Assembly (NCBI GenBank): GCA_951406725.2
Contig: OX597830.1
Location: 23,560,001-23,624,000, forward strand
Reading direction: 5' to 3'
Length of the DNA stretch: 64,000 nt
Source: Octopus vulgaris
Taxonomy: Eukaryota
Both the position numbers and the translations under genes were made by a program. The notes beneath the pieces were generated by a model, which had not been told where the DNA came from, made no database searches, and saw only the letters and a list, made by a program, of their open reading frames with translations. Of the stretch, positions 26,473-40,724 are shown one piece after another (the first letter of the stretch is position 1; every line of letters begins with the position of its first letter).

Positions 26473-27287
26473 ATATATATATATTTGTATACACACTGAA
26501 AGTGTGTCAGGGACCAGGTCGCAGTTTGAAAGATAGAAATATAGAGAAAAGGCACGGAGAGAGCAAGAGAAAGATTAAAATGACTTAGAGGAATGGAATT
26601 AGTTGTGTGTTTGTGTGTGTGAAGAAAGCGTCTGAAGGAGAGACAGACAAAGAGGCACCCAGCTAGATTCATAGATAGTCAAACAGACAGATAGACAGTC
26701 AGTCAATAACCGTGACATTAACAAGAAATAAAATATGGCAAATTATCAAATGTGTTACAATAATAGGAAATAGCAGCATTTGGTGAAACGGCGACAAAAA
26801 TATAAACTACAGCAACAACAGCAGCATCAGCAATGATGTTAATAGCTACAATCAAATGTGACAGTTTTGCTGTTGCGACAGACAAAGATGGCCGATTATC
26901 GCTGATGTTAGTGTCTGGGTTGAAACGTCACTTCCGTCTCGTTTAACCTTGGCTTCATGAACTTTTGCCATAGTGACATTAAAATACGTTTCTTCGTCTC
27001 CTCCAGACTTTCTCTTCTTTTGAGTTTAACGCAGGCAGACGCACACGCATAGAAATAGAGATGGTCGTAAAAAGAAACACACACACACATACACACACAC
27101 ACACACACACAAACACAAACACACACAGACATACGCTATACATATACCAATATACTGTGTTTATATATATATATGTGTGCGTGTGTGTCTGTGTATGTAA
27201 GTATTTAACTATGTATATATGTATATACATACACACACTTACGTAATCAATATGTGCATATATATATATTTTTGTATACATTTATGG

Positions 27288-27350
<63 letters not shown>

Positions 27351-27400
27351 ACTTACGTAATGAATATGTGCATATATATGTTTGCATACGTTTATGGATA

Positions 27401-27444
<44 letters not shown>

Positions 27445-28243
27445 CGTGTGTGTGTATTTTCGTATGTAGCATGTAGTATGTATGTATGTATGTATGTATG
27501 TATGTATGTATGTATGTATGTATGTATGTATGTATGTATACGTGTGTGTGTGTGTGTGTGTATACGTGTGTATGTGTGTGTGTGTCAATATGCGTATGCA
27601 TGAATGTATATAAACACATAAATATTCATTTATGCACATGAATAAGGTTAGGAAAATATCTATGAAACTAATGCCCCTCTCTCTGAATGGGCACACACAC
27701 ATATCTATACATACATATATATATACACACACTTATATAGTCATATATATATATATATATATATATAGGTACATACACAAACACACATGTATATATTGAT
27801 ATAAATAGAAAATAGATAGACAGTCAAATAAATATGTAGATAGGTAGACTTAGAAAAATACATACCTACATACATACATACATACATACATACATACATG
27901 TAGGCATATACAAATTCCTTCTCCGCTCTCTTTACCTACCCATGTATACATTATTTATGATAATTATCCTTTCACGAGGAAGGCCTCGGTAAATGCTTCC
28001 GGTTTACAGTCGTACTCGACATTACAGTTGTTAACATTATTCCCTATCGTCTTCTTCGTTGTTGTTGTTGTTCTTGCTGTCCTTCACTCCCACTATCCCC
28101 TCTCCCAACAGCCATCACCCAACACCACCAACACCAACACTACCACCACCACCACCACCAGTAGCACTCCTGTCGGCCATTCTACCCGGTTATTCCTCAA
28201 TATATCACCATATGTTCTAGACTGCTTCCGCACCTTTTGTGTG

Positions 28244-28297
<54 letters not shown>

Positions 28298-28940
28298 CCA
28301 ATGACGTAACATCTCGGTCGTTTAATATATACGAGTATATACTGTGGTCGAGTTTCTCTCCTAATTTTTGAACCCTGTAGTAGTTGCAGTTGCTGTTTCA
28401 GTTTTGTTTTTGGTAACACCAGCACCTCCTCCTCATCCTCCTCCTTCAACGCCACCAATGCCACCACTATCATCAACATTACCATCACACAACCACCACC
28501 ACCACCACCACCACCACCACCGCCGCCAACACTACCACCACTACGACCACGACCACTACCACTACTATCACTACGACCACCATAACACAAAGACGACGAC
28601 GATGACAACGATATAAAAAGAAATAATTGAGATTCTGTTGAATTAGGTACTTAACTTGAAGCACCAAATCAATCTGGCATTATCGGTACAGCTCGAAGTA
28701 AGGTGAATAATGTCAAAATAAGCAACAGGCTATCGAGTAATATATATATATATATATATATGTCTTGCAAACAACTTGCACATGCAAGTGCTACCAGTCG
28801 AGAACTCCGCATACCGGAAGCCAGCAAGTGTAATGGGTCATCAGGAGAGAATGCGCGCCGTTTCGAGGCCTACCTCTCGACGGCATCAATGCGCACTCAC
28901 TGATATGAGGCCCCGAGCATTCACATATATATCATATATA

Positions 28941-29032
<92 letters not shown>

Positions 29033-29354
29033 AATATATCAATTTATTTAGAGGATATGTTAACCTCATGAATGGATGGTCACATCCGAGGGAATACTAG
29101 TACAATACCTAGTATTGTCTAGTCTGTTGATAACTTGGCATGTAACATCTTAAAGTATATCTTTTTCACTGATGAAATTATGCCCGTAACATATTAATGC
29201 AAATTTAATGCACAAATTTCTAATTTAGTTATTGAGTACTTATGGAAATGGCTGAAAGAAATAAAGATTACCAATTTGTTAATGATAAATAATTATTAAT
29301 TTTCAACTGCCCACCTTCTCTTCTTCATATATATCTATCTATATACATATATCT

Positions 29355-29588
29355 AAAATAATATGTGACTATTATTCAGTAGCCAAGATAAAACTCTGAG
29401 TTTCGGATGCCGAGGTGGCCAGATAACCGAAGAGATGGTGTTGTGGATTTCCACCTCGGCATCCAAAACTCAGAGTTTTATCTTGGGTATTGAATAACTA
29501 TCACATATTATTTTACAGATAAATTTCCTCTATTTACATAATATTGAGGTCTCTTTCTTTCTTTTGTTATCTTACTGTTTTTACCAAT
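29355..29588 (+). mobile_element. Penelope-like foldback element with HHR-like motif (29421-29483)
   Basis: Inverted arms 29355-29418 and 29451-29514; motif AGATAA-CCGAAGA-[stem II]-AAAA-CTCAGAG-TT-TTATCT. The mirror arm retains GAAA. Ends at (TA)n. Confidence 0.72.
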
Positions 29589-29628
29589 ATATATATATAT
29601 ATATATATATATACAGTTACATATACAG

Positions 29629-29700
<72 letters not shown>

Positions 29701-30062
29701 CATATATACATACTTATGTATATATGTTTATACGTGTTTGCCTTTGTATTTATATATATATATAAATCGCCATATTCTAAATTAAGCTATTTAAGTAAAA
29801 CGGTTATCCTCTCTGACAAGATGCCAAATCCATTACTAACAGTGTTATTAGAAATAGAGTTTATCTTCAGTGGGTGGCGGGTCGATGTAGAATGTCATAA
29901 ACCATCTTGCGAAGTACCCTACTGTGCTATTAAACAGAATCTTTCACTAGAGACGAAATGATTTCAGATTCCCATTCTGTCTGTCTGTCTGTCTGTCTCT
30001 TTCTGCCTATGTCTGTCAGTTTCTCTCCCCCTCTCTCTTTTCTACCTGAAACAGTTTCATTC

Positions 30063-30106
<44 letters not shown>

Positions 30107-30187
30107 CATACATAACACACACACACACACATATATATGTATATATATACACATATACATATATGTATATATTAATATATATATGTG

Positions 30188-30230
<43 letters not shown>

Positions 30231-30242
30231 GCACATACATAT

Positions 30243-30301
<59 letters not shown>

Positions 30302-31194
30302 CATGCACATACATATATACATATATACACATACATATATATACATACACGAACATATACGCATATAGCTTTAACTGTCTATCTCTTTATATTTCTGCAC
30401 ATTCACTCTGTTTCTGTCTCTCTTTGTATGCACACACACACACACACACACGCGTACACACACACACACGCGCATACACGAACACACACACTAACACGCA
30501 CGCACACAGGTACTCACGCACACACAAGCGCGCGCGCACACACACACACATAGGCAACACAACACACATATACACATACATAGATATGTGTGTGTTTGTG
30601 TTTTCGTATTTGTGCGTGAACTGTGTCTCTCTATCCTCCTGCTCTTCCTCATTTCTCTCTCTCTCACTTTCTCTCTGTTTCACTTTCTCCCTCTCTCTAT
30701 TTCCGTCTCTCTCTCTCTCTCTCTCTGTGGAGATCTGTCTGTCCATCTCTCTCTCCTTCACTCTATCAATCTATCTCTGTATCTCCATCGTTACAGCTCT
30801 AAATTACACTTACTATGTTATTAGACGGTGAGCGTTAACTAAATTATAGGTTGAAATTAATGTTAATTTTACCATTAAGTGCAGAAGTTCAAAGGAGTAA
30901 TAACGACAGAAGCATGTCAAATATCAAAGTGTACACGACACGATGCTCTACAAAGCACAGTTAACCATCAGAGGAGAAAGCTCACAAAATAGCTCACAGC
31001 AAACAGCACTAAGTACACTAGACATCAAAAGATTACTTAAGAAATTATACGCATCTGCAACCATACTAGAATTGCGCAGCGTACTCCGCAGGGGACCGTT
31101 GATACAAACAAGGACACCTAGTACCACGAAGTTAGATCTCACTGTTTTCATTGGGGTTGATTTATCGGAAATACAAAGTAAATGTGAGATTGTA

Positions 31195-31710
31195 ATAAAA
31201 TAAATAAATGCACCCTTTTAAAACCTAACCAGGTTCATGGGCCCGGTTTCCCGGTTTCTATGGCGTATGTGCTCCCCAGCTGGACGGGACGCCAGTCCAT
31301 CGCAGCGTTACTCATTTTTGCAAGCTGAGTGGACTGGAGCAACGTGAAATGAAGTGTTTTGCTCAAGAACACAACGCGTCGCCCGGTCCAGGAATCGAAA
31401 CCACAATCTTACGATCATGATGTTGACACCCTAACCACTAAGCCTCGCGCCTCCACTAATAAATGCGCCCTTTTAAAGCCTAGCCAGGCTCATGGGTCCG
31501 GTTTCCCGGTTTCAATGGCGTATGTGTTCCCCATCTGGACGGGACGCCAGTCCATCGCAGGATTACTCTTTTTTGCCAGCTGAGTGGACTGGAGCAACGT
31601 GAAATGAAGTGTTTTGCTCAAGAACACAACGCGTCGCCCCGTCCAGGAATCGAAATCACAATCTTACAATCATGGTGCTGACACCCTAACCACTAAGCCA
31701 CACGCCTCCA
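31195..31710 (-). mobile_element. Head-to-tail dimer of CORE-SINEs within a single 16-bp TSD
   Basis: Two ~255-bp units containing TTGTGTTCTTGAGCAAAACACTTCATTTCAC; TSD TAAATGTGAGATTGTA at 31179-31194 and 31711-31726. Confidence 0.9.
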
Positions 31711-32028
31711 TAAATGTGAGATTGTAGTGTAAAGTAAGTATCATAGAATACCACTGGGAGAATAGAGTATACCAAATAACACCAAATACTATTCCTGGGA
31801 GTCAGAAGATATACCTGACACGGTAAGGAAGACTGGAGATGATAGAGTACCCTATAGATGTAACAGGGTACTCAACTATAAATAATCAGGATGTTAAAAT
31901 GTATATCCGCTTTATTCCATAGCATTGATTTTCTACTATTTGTAATTCAGTGCTCCGCTTATCGAATGGCATTTTATTGTGCTTCCCGCATATTGTTTGC
32001 AAACTAGAAAATAAAAGAAGAGAAAACC

Positions 32029-32129
<101 letters not shown>

Positions 32130-32409
32130 CGAAATAAAAAATAAAAATAAATAATAAAAGCATGATTAATGTTAATTTTGTTCGAATTTTGCTAACCTAT
32201 ATTTCTTTATAATATCCGTCCAGCTTGTGTGTCTTTTAGGGGATTAATGTTGCATGTATTAAAATTTTATGGAAATTTCTTAAAGAAAGTGTGTTGTTAT
32301 ATTAATGAAATTATATTAGAACTTGTTGCATTATGGATGGTATTTCTACTAACCGATAACATGATGTCAATGCTATTTTAATTTTGACAATGTTTCTAGA
32401 AAACGGATA

Positions 32410-32810
32410 TTCTTTTTTGCTCTATGCACAAGACCAGACATTTTGGGGGAGGAGGCCAGTCGATTACATCGACCCCAGTACGCAACTGATACTTAATATA
32501 TCGACCCCGAAAGGATGAAAGGCAAAATCGACCTCGGCGGAATTTAAACTCAGAACGTAAAGACAGACGAAATACCCATTTCTTTACTACCCACAAGGGG
32601 CTAAACACAGAGAGGACAAACAAGGACAGACAAACGGATTAAGTCGATTACATCGACCCCCAGTGCGTAACTGGTACTTAATTTATCGACCCCGAAAGGA
32701 TAAAAGGCAAAGTCGACCTCGGCGGAATTTGAACTCAGAACGTAGCGACAGACAAAATACCGCTAAGCATTTCATCCGGCGCGCTAACGTTTCTGCCAGC
32801 TTGCCGCTTT
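32410..32810 (-). mobile_element. Family M SINE, dimeric form
   Basis: Two GCCTTT(C/T)ATCCTTTCGGGGTCGAT cores following a single head. Confidence 0.88.
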
Positions 32811-33911
32811 GAAACATATGAAATTATTATTTGCGCTGTGAATCGAAAAGATGACTTGCGTATTAATTCTTAATACATTTTTGTCATCTTCGAACGTTAA
32901 TATGCTAATCGCTGTTGTGTACGTCACAAGAAATCAGCTTCTCCTTTACGACAACAGTGTGTTTATAACATACTCGATTCAATAGGGCAAGGGATTCTGT
33001 GATAAACGTTGGCAAATATCAGCATGGACCAGCGAAGAAAGTCTTCTCTGAAATTATAAACAAGGCCATCAAATCTTGTAAGATTCCTTAATCCGTGTAT
33101 TTCTGTCTGATGGAACACAACATGCCGAAACGCTAATGCCCCCAGATCCTTTGCATTAATAAATCGAGTGTGTTAAGTGTTATGAACACAATCGTTGTAA
33201 CGAACACATGAGCGAATATCATATTTAAATCGGAAACAGCTGGAACATACGAATAATTTATTAAAAATGGTCATATTATAACTTGTTTAAATATTAAGGA
33301 AAATCCTGACTCCTTTAAAGGCCCAGCGCCTCCATAATACATTCCGCCTCCTTGGAAGGTGACTAAGCTCTTGACGCGGAGTGACCACCCACATTAGGAA
33401 GCACTGCTTTATAGAGAATACAAATAGACCAGGGTATTCTAGGCTGCAGTTACTGTGTGCACTTAAGATCACAAAGCGTGCATGGCACTAAAACAACAGC
33501 CAATAAGTCGAGGTGTAGCTTATAAACATCAAGTGCTGCCAATAACACCAAGTAGAGCCAACATCTTCAAGCAGAGCTAATGACATCAAATGCAGCCAAA
33601 AATATTAAATACAACCACAAGCTTCATTCAGGACAATCGACATTCTCAATTGCGCCCGACATTTCCAGAACGGAATGGAAATGTATAATGCACTCGATGT
33701 CTTCAAATTCCAGCCAATTTTCTGAAGTGCACCTGGTAGTGCAGTGTGCAGCCGGTATCTATATAGTGTGTCTAAAAGCTGGCAGAGTTGTCGATATGCA
33801 TGCGCATAACATGTTGTAAAGTGCAGGGCCTGGTTCACAAATTACTCTTCCCACCATTATGTACTCATCTACTTCTTCCCAACATATCTACAATGCAAGC
33901 ATGAAGACGTG

Positions 33912-33975
<64 letters not shown>

Positions 33976-34571
33976 CCTATCTGTCTGCCTGTATATCTGT
34001 CTGTCTGTCTGTCTGTCTCTGTGTGTTTATCTGCCTGCCTGCCTTTCTCTGTCTGTCTGTCTGTTTGTCTGCTTGTTTGTCCGTCTGTCAATCTGTCTAT
34101 CTACGTACATGCATATGTACTTGTACATATTATATATCTACATATACATCTGTACTCATAAGTATGTATACAAGTATACATACAATACAATCACATTTGA
34201 GAGCCATTATCTCCTAACAGTACGCTCTATCATGAAGTGCCCCAAAATTTCGTAGTGGAACTGAGTCAGAGGCCAGACGACGGAAAAGTGTCGAAAGTTT
34301 GATACGAGCAAAATGTTTTTTAATGTGTTTCTAAATCGTCAAATGGTTGCTAACCATTTAGAAAAAGTGTCATTGTCTGCGGACCACGGTTTTCAACACG
34401 TGATTACAGACCCAAACATCTGTCAAATAAGTAGATTTTATATGAAATTAAACTATCATTATAATAATAGCTGATAAAATGATATTACTAATACTTAAAA
34501 ACCATTCAATCACATCAATTTAGAACAGTGTTTATCAAACCGACTTATACAAGCTCCCCACAGGTGTTAGC

Positions 34572-34711
<140 letters not shown>

Positions 34712-34719
34712 TTATTAAA

Positions 34720-34776
<57 letters not shown>

Positions 34777-35479
34777 CATCTAGCTATCTGTTTGTACTCA
34801 CGTGATTCGTCTTCTTTCTTTGTTACTGTCTTGCTCAATTCGCACCGCTTTTCATTCCTAGATGTCCTAGTTTTAGAACGACACGGCTAGCTGCTCGGAT
34901 CTAAACAAATCTTACATTACACTTAAGGTCCACAAACATAGCTGCCACAATAATCCATGTTAAATCCCAAAAACCTAAAAGTGAATGAAGTATACTGAGT
35001 AAAAGAGACAAAATTATATTTGAAATTACAAAGAAAAAGCAACCCAAAATCCAAAACAAACATAAAACCATTTACAGCGCTGGAAAATTATAATTTCTGT
35101 TATTTATTGGTTCATTAATATAAACAATGAACAATTACTTATAAATTTTTTCGTCTTGATATTATTAAATTTTATAATGAAACCTTTGCTCCAAAAAGCA
35201 TTAAATTATGCCAAAAATTAGCTCTCAATTTCTGATTTAGATACGAAAATAATCAAACACTTAAGTAAATCACTACTGTCTTTCTTTAACGCATTAAGGA
35301 TAAAGAAGATTATGTTAACTCTTTCGACGTTAGCTTGGATTCCAAGGAAGTTTGTGTGACCATTGATCGATATGGTTTCTATTTGGTGAATAATAAACTG
35401 AATAATCTCACTTGCGGTCTATATTTATGTTGTGATGTAAACATTGCACAAAACATGAATATCCATTATGCTTTATTTT

Positions 35480-36350
35480 TTATTTGCTTCAATTATTAGG
35501 CTGCGGCCATGCTGGGGCACCGCCTTCATGAATTTTTAGTCGAATGAATCGACCCCAGAACTTATTTCTTCTGAAAGCCTGGCACTTATTCTCTCGGTCA
35601 GTTTTATCGAACCGCTAAGTTACGGGGACGCAAACACATCAACACCGGTTGTTAAAGGATGGTTGGTGACAAACACACACATACGCATAAGCACACACAA
35701 ACGTACGCCCGCACACATGCACACACGCACTCACACGCGCACGCTCACACACATCATATATGAGGTGCTTCTTTCAGTTTCCGTCTTCGAAATACACCCA
35801 CAAAGCTTTGGACGGCACGGGACTACAGTAGGAGACACTTGCCCAAGGTGCTACGCAGTGGGACTGAACCCGGAACCTTGTGGTTGGGAAGCAAGCTTCT
35901 TTCAAATTATTTCTACTCTAGGCACAAGGCCTTGAAAATTTTTGGGTAAGGGGACTAGTCGATCATATCGACCCCAGTGCGTAACTGGTACTTATTTCAT
36001 CGACCCAGAAAGGATGAAAGACAAAGTCAACCTCAACAGAATTTGAACTCAGAACGCGAAGACACACGAAATACCTATTTCTTTACTACCCACAAGAGAC
36101 TAAACACAGAGAGGACAAACAAGGACAGACAAACGGATTAAGTCGATTATATCGACCCCAGTGCGTAACTGGTACTTATTTAATCGACCCCGAAAGGATG
36201 AAAAGCAAAATCGACCTCGGCGGAATTTGTGCTCAGAACGTAGCGGCATACGAAATACCGCTTAGCATTTCGGCCGGCGTGCTAACGACCCTGCCAGCTC
36301 GCTGCCCTGGGAAGCAAGCTTCTTACCACTCAGCTACGCCTACGCCTATA
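35480..36350 (-). mobile_element. Family C SINE with a dimeric family M SINE (35902-36307) inserted in its head
   Basis: 17-bp TSD TGGGAAGCAAGCTTCTT at 35885-35901 and 36308-36324. Confidence 0.88.
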
Positions 36351-36642
36351 TGAGAGGTCAACAATCATAAAATAAAAAAAAAAGATCAATCATTTGAAAA
36401 CGTAAACCCAAGAATTACAATTGAAACAAATATAATTAATTTCCTGGGCATAGCATCTTAAAAGGATATTAAATGTTAAAAGAAATACTCGCGTTACAAT
36501 AGAGACACGCAACTCAAATCACACGTCTGCCGTAATTAATATTTTAGCGAAAATATTCGTACAGATCTCCCCTGTCAGCTTAGTTGCTATTTACTACGAT
36601 GAAATGTTAGAACCGAGATGGTTTGACAATGGAAATAACTAC

Positions 36643-36806
36643 AGGGGCAGGCGTGGCTGTGTGGTAAGAAGCTTGCTTTGCAGTCACATGGTTTCGGGTT
36701 CAGTTTCGGTGGGTATCATCTTGGGTGTCTTCTACTATTGCCCCAGGCCGACCAGTCCTTGTGATTGAATTTTATAGATGAAAACTGAATAAAGGCGTGT
36801 GTGTGT
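36643..36806 (+). mobile_element. Family C SINE 5' part
   Basis: GGGGCAGGCGTGGCTGTGTGGTAAGAAGCTTGC head. Confidence 0.8.
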
Positions 36807-37250
36807 GTTAGTTAGTTAGTTAGTTAATTTGGCTCAAAAGCAAATAGCAAGGCCATGTAGGGGGACATGGAGTTAAGTACAGGGTGGTGTTCATGTAAAG
36901 AGTTCAGGCCACTTGAGGTCCAGGGAGGCTTTGAACAAAGCGGTCGTCGGCATCTTCACCATCTCGTCTTGCAGCTTGTTCCACGGATCCGCAACCCGGA
37001 CGGAGAAAGCTCCTCTCCTTCGATTGAGATGAAATCGTCGCAGGTAGAGCTTTTCGGAATGACCCCGCAGCCGACGCTCCGGAGCAGGAGTGAAGAACAG
37101 CTCTTTCGAGAGGTTACACTTCCCGCTTATGATGTTGTGGGCGAGAATGAGATCACCACGGCGGCGGCGTTTTTCAAGAGAATAAAGGTCGAGCGTCCTC
37201 AGCCTTTCTTCGTAGGACAAATTTTTGAGACCATGAACCATGCGGGTTCA
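36807..37250 (-). mobile_element. CR1-clade LINE 3' end (5'-truncated), inserted in (GT)n
   Basis: Open frame 36891-37241: LSYEERLRTLDLYSLEKRRRRGDLI...LRGHSEKL...FSVRVADPWNKL; (TAAC)n tail at 36807-36826. Confidence 0.92.
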
Positions 37251-37269
37251 TGTGTGTGTGTGTGTGTGT

Positions 37270-37495
37270 ATTCTTTTACTTGTTTCAGACATTTGACTGT
37301 GGCCATGCTTGAGCACCGCCTTTAGTCAAACAAATCGAGCACAGGACTTATTCTATCGGTTTCTTTTGCCGGACCGCTAAGTTACGGGGACGTAAACACA
37401 CCAACATCTGTTGTCAAGCGATGGTGGGGGGGGACAAACACAGACACACAAACATACATGCATGCACACACACTCACATACGCTTCTTTCAGTTT
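37270..37495 (-). mobile_element. Family C SINE 3' part
   Basis: CCGCTAAGTTACGGGGACGTAAACACACC block. Confidence 0.85.
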
Positions 37496-37711
37496 TTGTA
37501 AATTTTCGTATATTCTTTTAGCTTTTCTATTCTTTACTTTATTTTTGTTACTTTTATTTTTGTAACTTTTTATTTGAATTTGTATCTGAATTATGGCTTG
37601 TACTGTAGGGTCCAGCGAACCTAATTTAAATATACCTATTTTGCACATACTTAAGGGCTTTAAAAAATTAAAATATAGTTTGTTGTAATGAACGTTGATA
37701 AAGCGATATAA

Positions 37712-37807
37712 GGGCCTGATGATTGGGGTTACATTTTAAGAAGAGTTCCAGGAAAACACGGAGTGGTTTAGGAACCGGAAGATGTACCTCATGAAACACG
37801 TGTTGCC
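37712..37807 (+). ncRNA. Type I hammerhead motif with long stem II (GUU site)
   Basis: GGC-CTGATGA-tTGGGGTTACATTTT...AAGATGTACCTCAt-GAAA-CACGTG-TT-GCC. Confidence 0.65.
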
Positions 37808-37885
37808 AAGTAATAAAACAGTAGGTATTTAAAATAAAAATTATTTTTATATGGTGAGATGTAGGGGCCTACTATCTCTAAATTA

Positions 37886-37962
<77 letters not shown>

Positions 37963-37963
<1 letters not shown>

Positions 37964-38125
37964 TAAATTAGAGATAAAATCACTATTAGGCAAATCATAC
38001 AACGAAAAACTTAAGCCAATACATAAGATTAATTAATTTATATTATTTAAATATATATCAAAATTATTAAAAAAAGATAATTAGTATAACACTACGATCG
38101 TTTCATGGCTGTCCAATTCTTAAAA
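37963..38125 (-). mobile_element. Penelope-like 3' terminus with the 3' half of an HHR
   Basis: Minus strand GAAA-CGATCG-TA at 38093-38104; ends TATCTCTAATT like the facing element at ~37880. Confidence 0.6.
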
Positions 38126-38146
38126 CATGCATACATACATATATAC

Positions 38147-38239
<93 letters not shown>

Positions 38240-38259
38240 CATACACACACACACACACA

Positions 38260-38293
<34 letters not shown>

Positions 38294-39407
38294 CATATGT
38301 ATGTGTGTGTGTGAATATATATGAATAGGTATGTGTGCGTGTGCCGTCGTCCACAGCTTGATAACCAGTGTCGGTTAGTTTACGTTCCGTAATTTAGCTG
38401 CTCCACAAAAAAAAAAAAAAAAACACTGATAGAATACATACCAGATTTTTTTCTAATAGACTATTCGTACTGACTTCTATTTGATGGACAACACACGTCT
38501 AAGCAGCGCGGCAACTTTGCCACAGTCAAATAGCTGGAAAGTTAATATATAAAAGAACCAGTTCTCAAAGTTCATGCAATTCTTTTAACCCAGTTACTTT
38601 TCCATTAAATATCCTTCGTAATCGATAGTTTACTGTGCATCAATATCTGCAGCTGATAACTCGGCATCCAAAGAGTATATTAGATTTCACTGAAAAAAAT
38701 TTAAAGCTGGATTTAATCAGCATCAATATTCTTACTGAAGTCTTGAAAGATCTTTGGATACCAGTTCATACTATCTTTGAGAATTAGTAAAGTTAAGGGG
38801 AAAAATTTCCATAATATATTACATCATATATAACAACATGTCAAATTTCTTAAACATGCCACAATGTTTACGATCTTTGACGCCATGGGAAAATAAATAT
38901 AATGTTTTATAGATGTTCTGTTTTGAACAAAAGTTCAGAATTGATATCTTGTCGTCATAATTCAAAATATTTATTAAAAAAAAAATTGAATTAGTTAACG
39001 ACTAAAAGCGGTATATTCGCTTAACATATTCATCGACGTTCTAAAAAAATAGTTCTTTAGAAAAAAAAATGAATTAAAATTCGTTATTTGTTTGTCGTTC
39101 ATCATATAACAAAAAGACAAACGAGCAGACGACAGATAGTGTTATACAATAACGTTCGAAACACATCAAATAGTTTTGTATTGTTAACGTGCTTACTCAA
39201 CGGTTTTTGTAGTTTATACCGTATTAAATACAAAGTTGTCTCATTTATTAAAATTGATTGCTTGAAAATCGATAAAACGTGAAGCTAATAGCGGCAGTCT
39301 GCGTATTTCTAGCTGAAAATAAATTCATAATCAACCCTATAAACTTGTATTGAGCTCATTACACTTTTGTATTTCTGTTACATAATTGTGCACCTCTTCC
39401 AAAGATA

Positions 39408-39495
<88 letters not shown>

Positions 39496-39567
39496 CTGTG
39501 TATAATTATATGGAAAAATGCGAGCAAGAGAAATAATATTCTTAAGGTTATAAACCTCGAAAATTAC

Positions 39568-40724
39568 AGGACAAGTCATTACACTTGGAGAAGTTCAGAA
39601 CAACTTAATACATCTGGTAAAGTACAGAACAAGAAAATTTTTATATAAAATATTGCAGCTAAGGATAAAATTTCAAATAAAATATTTTGATTTAGTAAAT
39701 ATTAGCTTTTATTAAAACTAAAAGTTTTATTACAAGTTATTACTTCTATTTGATTTTACTTGTTACTTCTATTAAAAATAAAAGATGAACTTAAAATATT
39801 TTTTGCACTATAAAGAAATCCATTTTTTAAAAATTATTGATTAATAATTAGAAATCTGAAAATATGTTATAAAAATAATAGTAGTACATAATTAGTACAA
39901 TAAATAGAATAATACAAAAATTAGTTATATATTTCAGTAAAATCTACCTATAACAACAAATCCACAGTAAAATTTGCTTGAGTTATTGCCTTAGTCTTGA
40001 CCCAATGCTTATATTTTACATAATGAATTTGCCTACCATATTCTACTTTGCATAAAACTCTAGCTATATTGGTACTTCTGGTTCTCATTCTTAAAGTATT
40101 GTAGTGTGTCAATATTTTAACAAAATAAGACGGCGAGCTGGCAAAAACGTTTGTCAATATGTCTATCTCCATACATGCATATGTACTCGTACGTATTATA
40201 TATCTACATATACATCTGTACTCATATGTATGTATACAAGTATTCATGAATTTGAGAGCCATTATCTCCTAATAGTACACTCTATCATGAAGTACCCTAA
40301 AATTTGTAGGTGACTACGTATACAGTTGGAACTGACTCAGAGGCCAGGCGATGGAAAAGTGTCGAAAGTTTGATACGAGCAAAATGTTTTTTACGTTCTG
40401 AGTTCAAATTCCATCGAAGTCGACTTTGCCTTTCATCCTTTCGGGGTCGATAAATTAAGTACCAGTTGCGTATTGGGGTCAATTCAATCGATTGTCCCCC
40501 TCTCCAAAAATGCTGAGCCCTGTGCCTAGAGTAGAAAATGATATTTTAACAAAATGATGGTACCTTTTTTAATTATAATATTACTTTGTAAATTAAAATC
40601 AAATAATTTTTAATATTCAGGTTTTATCCTTAGCTGCAATAGTTTAAGCAAAAATGTTCTTCTTCTGTACTTTACCAGATGTAATAAGTTGTCCTGAACT
40701 GTTCCAAGTGCAATAACTTATCCT
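39568..40724. mobile_element. Candidate TIR element with ~110-bp diverged inverted repeats
   Basis: 39568-39679 versus 40614-40724 (ACATCTGGTAAAGTACAGAA / TTCTGTACTTTACCAGATGT; GCAGCTAAGGATAAAA / TTTTATCCTTAGCTGC). Confidence 0.65.
40127..40540 (+). mobile_element. Family M SINE carrying a ~240-bp foreign insert
   Basis: TSD ATATTTTAACAAAAT at 40112-40126 and 40541-40555; head at 40129-40151, body resumes at ~40391. Confidence 0.82.

Noticed and set aside
29163-29260. CTGATGA followed by a distant GAAA (similar isolated core at 43268-43274, minus strand)
   Set aside because: No supportable stem II, stem III or cleavage triplet.
33101-33140. CTGATGG...GAAACGCTA hammerhead-like string
   Set aside because: The core is mutated and no stems pair convincingly.
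33400-33900. Possible ancient RTE-like coding remnant
   Set aside because: Only faint motif resemblance by eye; a translated search is needed.
36807-36826. (GTTA)n as a telomeric repeat
   Set aside because: It is the short tandem tail of the CR1 element, not TTAGGG.
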